NCBI GenBank assembly: GCA_944345705.1
Contig: CALVML010000002.1
Coordinates: forward strand, 19,992-83,991
DNA: 64,000 bases
DNA from: an uncultured Clostridia bacterium
Lineage (GTDB): Bacteria > Bacillota > Clostridia > Christensenellales > UBA1242
Direction: 5' to 3'
Part shown: positions 26,978 to 37,600 of the stretch, in pieces
How positions within the stretch are numbered: the stretch's first letter is position 1
How the letters are laid out: the number at the start of each line of letters is the position of its first letter
Notes under the pieces: generated by a model
Databases searched by the model: none
Told to the model about the DNA's origin: nothing
What the model saw: only the letters and a program-made list of their open reading frames with translations
Made by a program: the position numbers and the translations under genes

Positions 26978-28435
26978 CTAGAATAATGAAGATAATAGAC
27001 GCATAATCGCTTGTAAGAATTTTGTTATCCAGCGTTTCTTTTGGAAATAGCTGACGCCTGCAAGTCTAGAACAAGAGATATCCTTTTTTATTTGTTCAAA
27101 GTAAGTGGCATTGAGATCATTTGAATAGATAATTGCTGTATCTTCAAAGTTGAGTCCAAATGAACGATTGTCAGTATTACAGGTTCCTATTGAAAGTTTG
27201 TTATAATCTACTAAGATCACTTTGCTATGCAAAAACCCGTCATATAGATAGATCTTTACTCCAAGTTCTGCCATCTCTCTTAAGAAGGATAGAGTTACAA
27301 AGTAGACTGTTTTCTTGTCTGGCTTTGCTGGCACCATTATTGAGATATCAATTCCGCTTTTAACTGCAATGCGAATTGCCGATATAAAGACATCATCTGG
27401 CACAAAGTATGGCGTTTGAATAAAAATTCTCTCTTTGGCATTTATGATCATGTGCACAAAGGTTTCTTTTATTCTCTGCACCTGACTATCAGGCCCTGAA
27501 GTCATGATCTGCATTGTGGCATTCCCCTTAAACTCTGGCGAAGGAAAATAGCCATTTGTAAGATATAGTTGTGGTGGTGTATTGTCGTTTTTACAATAAC
27601 GCCAATCATCTAAGAATATGTTTTGGAGTGCGTATACTCCGCTTCCTTCAATCTTGATATGAGTGTCACGCCACGGCTTTAGTTTCTTATCCTTGCCCAT
27701 GTGATCATCTCGAATATTGATACCACCAGTATAGCCGATTTTGCCATCAATAACCACAATTTTGCGGTGATTGCGATAGTTAAGCTTGAGATTTAGAAGT
27801 CTTATGTGCATAAATGGCGGAAAGAATTCCCCTACCTGCCCGCCAGCACTTACAAGCCTATTGAAAAACTTGCGCGGTGCATGACGAGAACCGATTGAGT
27901 CGTATATCAATTTGACATCAACGCCTTCTTTTGCCTTCTTACAAAGGATGTTCATGATCTCGGTTCCTACCCCATCATTTGCAAAGATATAATACTCCAT
28001 GTGTATTGTGCTTTTGGCATTTAATAGGTCTTGTTTTAAACTTTCAATTTTGCTCTCGCCAAAGTTGAAAATGGTTACTTTGCTAGCTGGAAGCGGATAT
28101 GCACCAAATGAATAACAAAATGTTGCAAGTTCTCGATCATTGATTAAAATTCCGTCAAGTCTTGCTTGTTCAAGTGTTTGAATACCTTTGATATTCTTGA
28201 TAATGTCACGCTCTGAAATCGCCTTTTTCTTGATCATTCGTCTGGTACGAACAGATAGTCCACTGCCAAATACTATATAGAGCAAGAAACCTAATATTGG
28301 CAAGAATGTCATCACGGTCATCCAAGCAATGATATTTTGTGGTTTTCTCTTTTCAAGAAAAATCATACCTATGAGAAGGAAAAAGTTTACAATTGCTATT
28401 ACTGTAATCATAATTACAAACCAGTTGCCAAACAT
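26978..28435 (-). CDS. cls: Cardiolipin synthase
   Basis: Two N-terminal TM helices and two HKD motifs (NHRKIVVIDG, LHSKVILVD). Strong SD. Confidence 0.9.
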   Translation of the reverse strand: MFGNWFVIMITVIAIVNFFLLIGMIFLEKRKPQNIIAWMTVMTFLPILGFLLYIVFGSGLSVRTRRMIKKKAISERDIIKNIKGIQTLEQARLDGILINDRELATFCYSFGAYPLPASKVTIFNFGESKIESLKQDLLNAKSTIHMEYYIFANDGVGTEIMNILCKKAKEGVDVKLIYDSIGSRHAPRKFFNRLVSAGGQVGEFFPPFMHIRLLNLKLNYRNHRKIVVIDGKIGYTGGINIRDDHMGKDKKLKPWRDTHIKIEGSGVYALQNIFLDDWRYCKNDNTPPQLYLTNGYFPSPEFKGNATMQIMTSGPDSQVQRIKETFVHMIINAKERIFIQTPYFVPDDVFISAIRIAVKSGIDISIMVPAKPDKKTVYFVTLSFLREMAELGVKIYLYDGFLHSKVILVDYNKLSIGTCNTDNRSFGLNFEDTAIIYSNDLNATYFEQIKKDISCSRLAGVSYFQKKRWITKFLQAIMRLLSSLF

Positions 28436-28641
28436 TTCCCTCTCCTTTTAGTATATTTTTTATAATTTTAGTTTATTTTTTGTATTTTTTTTAAAAATTT
28501 ATCAATATTTTTAATAATTTTTAATTGTCACTTTTGGCAATTCTAAAAAGCAAGAAAAATTATCTATAATTTTTCGGTCGCGCCGCTTGTATACAGTCTA
28601 AAAGGGCTTTATCAGCCCTTCTAGATTTTAACTGCCTGTAA

Positions 28642-31600
28642 CTACGCTCTAAAATCTTCAGCCCAGCCAACTAAGATCGAGCCAAGTTCATAGGATATAT
28701 TAACATTGCCTACATCATATCCATTGTCAAGAGTCGATATATCTCTATCTGCACCTGAAACAACAACTCTAAATACAATTTCGATATATTGGTCGTAAGT
28801 GTAGTTGGATCCATAGGTTATTCTACCATAACTATAATCAGTGTCATTTCGCTTGCTATAATCATTATTGATAGATACATCACCCGAACCGCTTCCGCCA
28901 AGTGGGTCAATCATAAACCAGATATAGTCTTTATTAAAACCTTTTTCACTACCATTGCTTACTGTTGTATTATCCACAGCTGCGCCACGTAGCGTTAAAA
29001 CAGGTGAATAATTTTCTTGTGGTGGTTCTGTTGCTGGAGTCCAAGAACTTAAGCTAGTGTAAATATTACCGCTATCTGTTCCACTCTCTTGTAATCTTCT
29101 GATAATTTGATCGGTTGTTGCACCACTCATACTAAAATATTTTCCTGTTACATAGTATCTATGGCTTACTCTATAATTTAAGGACTGATCGCCACCTTTC
29201 GAATCTTTACCCTTCTCAACTTGAGCAATGTAGTATTTATCTATAGTATAGTAACTGTTTGATCCCGACAATCGTTGTGCATTTTCTACATAGATATAGT
29301 CGTTTGTGGTAGTTTGAATTTGGAATGTGATCTTGGCTCCACTTGTCAAAACGTTACCATTATTCAATTTGCCCGTTGTATCATCACCTTGATTGTTATA
29401 AACAATATAATAGAATGTCGCATTGCCGTTGGCATTTGATATTGTTATTGTATCACCCAATTGGACACTTGTATTTAGAAGCGATGAGATTGAAAGATAT
29501 GTCGTCTTATCATAGGAATCATGGTTCGATCTTGATACTGCGACATCTGAAACAATTGTTGCATTTTTTCTTGTCAATGATATATTAAAACTTGCTGTAG
29601 ATTGCGCTTTGATCAATAGTTCAAGCGTATCATTTAAGTAAGTTGTTTCCAATGTTTGATTCAGTCCATCAGTCACAGTAAATGCTTTCTTTAAATCAAT
29701 ACTTTCACCATCTGCAACTACTTTAGCATGCTCAACTATCTTAACTTCTCGTACAACAGTTACAATAGTTTGAAGATCGGTATATTCTACAGTATCACCT
29801 TTCTCATATTTAAGTCTAATCACTAATATCATGTCTGTTTCTGTAGAATTTGCGTATACTTCACCAGCAAAAGAAGGTACTTGAATTGCTTGTTGTACTT
29901 CGCTTCCAAATTCATTCTCAAAAGTACCTGAGATGAAAGGTTCGCGAATTTTATCTTCTAGTCCATTGAAGAATGCATTTTGAGTAGTAGTTGTTGCAAG
30001 ATTATATTTATCAGATCCGCTTGTAAGTGTAATTTTTGTTGCATTTCCTATATTATTAAGTTTTATGTTGAATGTGGCAGTATTTGAATTAATAGTATCA
30101 TGTTCTGCAGTAATTCCTGATGGAAGTAGACTATCGATATTTGCGGTTATATCGTTTGCTATTTCATTTGTTATTGATGCAGTATCGGCTTTTATAGTTA
30201 GAGAAACAGTAGAGTTTGCTGTAACTGTCATTTTGTAAGTCTGTTCGTCTAGAGTATAACTTAAAGCAGTAGTGTCACTACCATAGTTTGTAGACCATGT
30301 ACCGCCAGTCTTTGTTGCTAAGATATAAGATGTGGCTTTTGGCATGATTGCAGTGCCTAGTGGTTCACCTGCTGGGTTGTCTTCTTCATTGATTGCATAG
30401 AACTTTGCACTATCCACAGTCACATATTTGAAACTTGGCGAATCGAACTTTTCTTTTGCTGCAGGTGTCCACATACCAACTTCACTATAATCAGTTTCTT
30501 TTTCTTCTGTTCTTGGATTATCACCTGTAATAGGTTTATATCCATTAGAACCGTTAGCTTGCAAATATTTATTATTAGTTGGTCCGCTCTCTGTCCCAGT
30601 TGTGCTTGTAGTATAATCTCTATCGAAGAAATATGTGCCTACATTAGCAATATTGATAAGTGGCACTTCTGCCGAGCTTTCAGGAGAAACAGGAGTACTT
30701 TGATTGATTGCATAACTGCCAGGATCACCTTCACCACTGCCTGCACTATATTCAATATTTAGCATAGTGTAAATAGAACCAATGTCAAAATAGTCAAGTT
30801 CATTCAAAACAGGATTTCCCCCTGTTGCAATGGATGGTTGAGTGTATTGAGATTTTAGACAGAAATAGAATTGATATTTATATCCGTAGACATCCACGCC
30901 TTCAATCATATAGTACTGATTGCCGAAGATGACTTCTTTGACAGCACTAAATGTGATTGCAGATGTTTGTCTAATGCCATCCTTAGTTTTATATGCATAT
31001 CCAGTTGTTGTTGATGCGGTAGGTGGTAGTGCTTGCCAATTCGTCATATTTGTACTATTGGCATACGCAAACTTTTGTTTAAAGTTTTCTTTATCATTTA
31101 TCGCTCTGCCTGATATCGTTTGATCAAGAGTAAGAGTTATATCAAAGTTGGTTGTAGAATATTCAGTGCTTGTATTATTTCCATATCGATGTTTGATTGA
31201 TAACTCTCCTTCGGTGCTATCAGTTGATGTCAATGTAAATGCTGAATAATTATTCTGTCCGTCAGCATTTGTTATTGAATATACATCAAATGGCTTATTA
31301 ACATTAGATACTATGCCTAAGCCATCTTCGCCAGTAGAAGTGGTCTTGTTATCAGTTGAACCGCTGAATGAAACGATATAGTCAGGCAAAACCTGATATA
31401 CCACATAGAATGTTTCACTATACCCGCCAGTTGAACTATAAGTAATCTTGCTGAGTACAAAGTCGCCATTTACTTGAGCGCCGAGTGGCATTACGCTTGC
31501 GTCATAGATTGCACCTGATGCATTTCTCATTGGAGAGTAAGCAATATATTCGTTTGTACCTTGATCATAGTTTGTTCCAGTATAAGTTGCATAATGTTTG

Positions 31601-34600
31601 AACTCGCTTATTCCATTCAATGTCATAAATGCTTCAAGAGAATTTTGCACTGAAGTATCAGGAACATTAGTTTTATAATCCGTACTATAATAGATAATTT
31701 CAAATTGAATATTTGCTTTGCCATCGCCAAAGTCAGATGCTGAAACATAGCTGTCATTGGTTGGATGTTTGATGCCAAGCTGTTGAACTATACTTGGGTA
31801 TTTTTCATTGACAGTAACATCTTCATGGTTGTTGACAGTAAATGCCTTTTCAACTTCAATGTCAATTCTTGGCATAAAGTAATATGTTGTTGACAATGAC
31901 TTTATGTAACTTTTGCCATTAATGCTTGTTAAAGTGTCATTAGTAGAATTTGTAGTTATCACAACTTGACTTACACCATTTGCAACTGAAATTCGACTAA
32001 TTGGAGTAAGAGATTTGATTTCGTTAATTGGATCTTGGGCAACAGTTGATGTTCCGTCACTAGTTAATGTCGTTGCGCTTACATCATGGTCTGTAATATA
32101 ATTACTAAAATAGCTATAATCAACTTTATTGCCACCATAGTAGAGTTGTATTCTGCTTACAAGTTGTTTTGTAGTAAAGAGTGCATTGTTTTCATCGACA
32201 TTTGTAATTGATTCAAGATCATCTGCTGTTATATTTACTGTGCTGGTTGTTACTGTACCTGATTCATTTGTAGTTCTTACTGTCTTTTGCATTAAGCCAG
32301 TTCCATCAAAACCTATGCCTTCGTTTTCAATGGCAGATGCTCTATAAGTGCCATAATATTCTTTACCATGCATTGAATAGCCTAAATCAAGATATTGATT
32401 TGAGCCTTGGTCTTCAAGACTGATATATTGAGCATAGGATGCATAGAATTTATCATCTGTGCCTTTGAATACAAGGTAGTAAGTGTCGTCGTTTGTAAGA
32501 GTGTTTGCAATCTGCACTTGGAACATTCTATCACCCGAGAAAATATTATTTGTATTTGTCTTGTCGACATAGATTGTTTCGTGAGTGACAGTTGAAGTTG
32601 TATCATCTCCATTATCTATAACGCCACTTGTTGCATACTTTGTATAGATTGCAGGAATTGTGAAGACGCTGTCAAGAAGTTCTATAGTATAAGTAGTAGT
32701 TGCCTCTCTATATGTAATCTCAAATATGATTACAGAGCGTTCTCCACTTGTAACATAATCGTTTTGATCGGTCTTATCGCCATCTGTATCATTGGTCTGA
32801 CTGTAAGTACCGCGTCTTAAGTATAGACCTTGACCTTGAGTTAAATTAATGGCATTTGATGCATAGTATTGTGTCGTTCCTATACCACCTTGACTATATT
32901 GCCAAATAGTTGCATTTTGAATTTCTTGAATAACCACACTTATTGTGTCAGCAGTCAACCCTTCAGTAATTTGCGATCCTTGTACAGTGCCATTTTTGTC
33001 AGCATTCAAATTGTTTTGGTATGCTGTAAATCTATTAGCATTTTCCCCCATATTATATATAGGATTTGAAAGGACGAAATCAGAAAGAGTATTGTTGATT
33101 ACCGAGCCATTTTCAAAGTATTCAATTTTAAGTTCGGTCTTACCGTCTGGCACTGGATAATTGGTGTCAACAGTGACTGCCTTATATACATTGAATGTAT
33201 AGGTAAATGTAATAGATTCGCTAGGCTTACTTGTTTCACCTGATGCACTAAATGCAAAGTGCATAGTAATATTGATTGATACCGATTGCATTTCAGATGA
33301 GATATCCTTGATTGTAACTGAAGTGCTTTTAGAATCTGCAAATATTCCCTCGCTTGTATCAACAGCTGAACTTGTAGAAGATGCAGAATAGGTAAGAGTA
33401 GTTCTATCATCTATTTCTTTATTTAAAGCGTTGATATATAAGTAATCTTTGTTCAGATTATTATTATCGATAAGATCATAATCATTTACCCCTGCAAGTG
33501 AAGATTCGCCTGTGATTGCTTGTACTGAAATATTTCTCTTAAAGGTCAAGGTATCAGTGAATGTAAAGGTGTTGTTATCATTAAACGTGATCGTGAAATC
33601 AAAGGTCACCGTCTTGTCAGATACGATATCTGCAACAACGAACTTGTTGCCTTCAATTTTGACAAATCTATGATCATTATTATTAGCACTTCGCATTTCT
33701 GCTGTAACAGTGTAGTCTGTGGCTTCATCATTATTTAATTTTATATCATAAACTTTACTAAAATTGATATCTTGTCCGCCAACAAGGTTGCTTGCGACTT
33801 CGACAGGGTTGTCGCCTTCCGTCATTTTACGAGCATAGCTTGCATTTGCTTTGATATTAATGCGCAAGGTTGCAAGATAGCCATACTGCGTATAGACAGA
33901 GAATTTTATTGTTGTGTCCTTTGAAATATAGTCTTTAAGTGTAAGTTTGAATTGATATGGAGAAAGTCCCTTATCATCAATATAAGAATGAGTGTTGTAA
34001 GCATAACTTTCAAAATCAACGTCTTCATTTCCGTCTACGAGTTTGATTTGAAGAAGATCTGAAACGACTGTACCTGTTGTCGTTTCTTGTCCAGCATCTG
34101 AATTGGATACAAGTTGTACTGTGAGAGTCTGCTCTCTTGGATTATCTGCAGTGTATGCATTTTCAAGTTCCCATGTATAGACGCCGTCATAAACGCTTTG
34201 AACATTGCCTTCATTTGTTGTAAATCTTGCATTGTAACTGCTATTGTTTTCATCATTTAAAACAATAGTATAATACTGCTCTGCTCCATAGATTGAGCGC
34301 TTATATTTTTGTTCGAGTGAAGTGTCACTTTCATAGGTACGCTTGATTACTATCTCTATTCTTTCACTTGTCTTTACCACATAGTCAAAAGTTGATCCTT
34401 CGATCACATTGCCATTGACATTATAGAATGTGATATCTTCTGCCCATTGCTCAGGGAATGTATATGGATCTTGTCCACCTACCTTCACGCTTTCAATAAC
34501 ATTTGTAGAAACAAGGTTTGCAAAGATTGCTCTATTTACAGAAGAAGTTCCTGATGCATCTTGCTTGCTTATAAATTCAGCAACAGCCTTTAAGTCTTCA

Positions 34601-37600
34601 CTGTCTGTATAAATACCACCAGTAAATGATAAAGTCAAAGATGAGCCATCATAGATATAGCATGAGCCAGAGCGAACGATAAGTTCAACACTCTCAATAT
34701 TGATATTAGTTGCATTTTCACTGAGTATGTCAGACAATTGAAGATATAGATAACTATTTATATTATTACCAATATTAATAGCGCAATCGCTTGTAATATC
34801 GTCTAAGATAACCATTTGATCGGCAAAAGATTTTGGTTCATCATTTTCAATATAATTTCCGCTAACTTTAAAAGCAAGCGATACTTCACTGCTAGAGCGA
34901 ACATCAACAACAAGAATACCAATATTGCTACTCAACATCTTGCTGACATTGAAACGAGAGAACCCTTCATTCAAAGTAGTTTCATCATAGATCTTGTCAA
35001 GATCAAATGTCTGTCGAGAATTTTGGTCTACTCTTATATGTTCTTCGCCCTCTTCGCCGTAATTTGTATAGGCATAAGTTGACGCTTCGACATTGATATC
35101 AGGAGTGATCTTAAGCAAGTAATAGAATATTTGATATCTTCCATTATAATTGATATTATATGATAGTCCTAAATAGAAGTTTTCATATAGAGTGTCATTT
35201 GTAAGATGGTTAAGGTCGAGATAGCCGTTGTTACTATCAATACCCTTAATTATAGATTTATTTGTAAGGTTTGTGCCATCTGTTACTGTTGGATAATATG
35301 TAATAGTTGGAGTAACTGAATAGCCACCATCTCGTATAGGCCTAATAAGTCCATTTTCGCCAGTAGAATTTTCGTAGTAGCTGACTTCTTTTATTATTTG
35401 AGTAGCTTGACCTGCAGTAATTTCATTATATATGCCTTGTTTTAAAAGTTCGCTTGGATCAGTAAGAGCAGTTTCTAGCGTGCGATTGTCTTCTACTCCA
35501 CTATTATATTCTACAAAATTGTAGCCTATTGCAGAATTGATCAAAGGAACATACATGATGGCTTTTGCGTTGGTACTACCAGTTTCGCTTCCTTGATTGA
35601 AGTATAATACAAGATATGAGTTTTCGTTGCCTAGTCCTCCAAGAAGTTGATTTTGGCTTCTGAGAGTGAATGTGTTTTGATTTTCTCCCGTGCTATAATA
35701 TGTATTTGCAGTGTCTGCATTTCTTATATACATTGTATAACTGCTGTCAAAATAATTATTATTATCCGATCTAGAGTTTGGCAAGGTGTATGCACTTGTA
35801 TCATATACAAGCATGATATACTCAACTCCATCAACTATTTGAGTGGTAGTATTATATGAGACATTATCTTTACTTATTTGAATTTGAGATGCAATATATT
35901 GATATATAGTTTGATCTTCTGTATTATACAGTTCAATATATACATCAACAGAACCTAGTGCGTTTCCATTAAGCATCAACGAGAGTTTTGTTGCATAACT
36001 TGTTGTATTATATTCAAATATAAAAGCCGATGAATTTAAAAGCTCTACATTGCTTCCATTGATTGTCAAATAATCTTCAAATTCACCACTAAAGTCTATA
36101 TTTTCTATAAGTGAACCATCGTGACGCTTGTATTGAATGAAATCTGTCCATTGTGGTGTTGAGCCTGTATTCAAAATGTAGAAAGTGTCAGTACCTGTTG
36201 CTAGATTGTCTAGATCAAGGTCACGCAAGATGATGAATGTAAGAGTATAACTTATTGCATACTGATTGTTGCCTTCTGGCTGGAATACTACTGAGAACTG
36301 TTTGTAATCGGTATCCCAGAAGTCATAGAACCTAATTGTCGCATTGCCTTCTTCATCAACAACCATTTTTCCAACTGCACTTCCTGTATATTGAGTTTTT
36401 AAGACATATTGTCCAGAACTTGGCTCAATATAATATGTACCTACTGTATAAAGACTTCCAAAACTTGACTGTTTACCTGCATTATTATTATTTGTCACCA
36501 TATTGGAAATTTGAGTGCCTTCACTATCACCATCTTCATCAGTTGCATAGATAAATCTTGATGAATCTGTAGTAGAACCATAGGTAGTTGCACCAGATAT
36601 TGCAATATTAGGCAATATTGTCATATTTAAAGTGATATTTACTACGCCTGAATTTGCTTCATCTGAAATAGTCAACTGTACTGATCTAGATTGATAGAAA
36701 TTTTTGTTTATCTGAATACTTGTAATCACCTTGCCCTGCAAGTTGCTTCTAATAGTGCTTGCATCAGTACCAGTTTGAATTTTTTGACCATTATTGTATA
36801 CAGTAAGCATTCCGTCTGTACCAAATAGGTCTACAATTGCTGAGCCTAAGTTTTCAAGATAAGAAGTCGAAAGTGTAAATTGTATCTTAGTAAACTGAAC
36901 ACCATTAACTTCAAGTCTAACTTGATTTGCAAGAATAATTGTATTATTAGAAGCGCCATATTTTGACATAGCGACAGATATCGTGCTTTCCGATTCTTCT
37001 TGATTTGTACCTTCGGTAATACTTGAATTAGGATCTAAATTGCTGTTAAAGAATACATCAGTAATTCCTGTTGAAGTAACATTGAATTTCATTTTAATAA
37101 CATCATCTGCCGATCCTGTTTCTACATTCCCATCAAGTGAAACAATGTCGATTACAACAATGCTTCCATTGCCATTTATGAATTGAATAGTCTGTCCTTG
37201 TACTGCTACAACATGACTGCTTCCTTCAAGCAATCTAAAACTCCACTCGCCTGCTAAGGTGTCTGTGCGACCTACTTGGTCAGTGATAACAATGTTTGCA
37301 AAGTTTTCGCCAAAGAAGCGGTTGAATAATGCTGTCAATGCGCTTTGTCCATCTTGTGCCTCTATTGGTGTTCCACCTAAAGAGATATTGAGAACTGTTT
37401 CGCCACTGTCAGCGTCAAGTGTTTGATTGACTGTGATTTCGCTGTCGCCTGTTAAATAGATTTGATCGTTAGGATCATATTCAAGAGTGATTGACTTTGC
37501 AATAGGATCATAGATCATAACTGTTTGATTTTCAAGAAGATCGCTTACTCTAAAGCCATTTCCGCCACCCCAAACAATATTGTTTTCTTCCTGAGTGTTA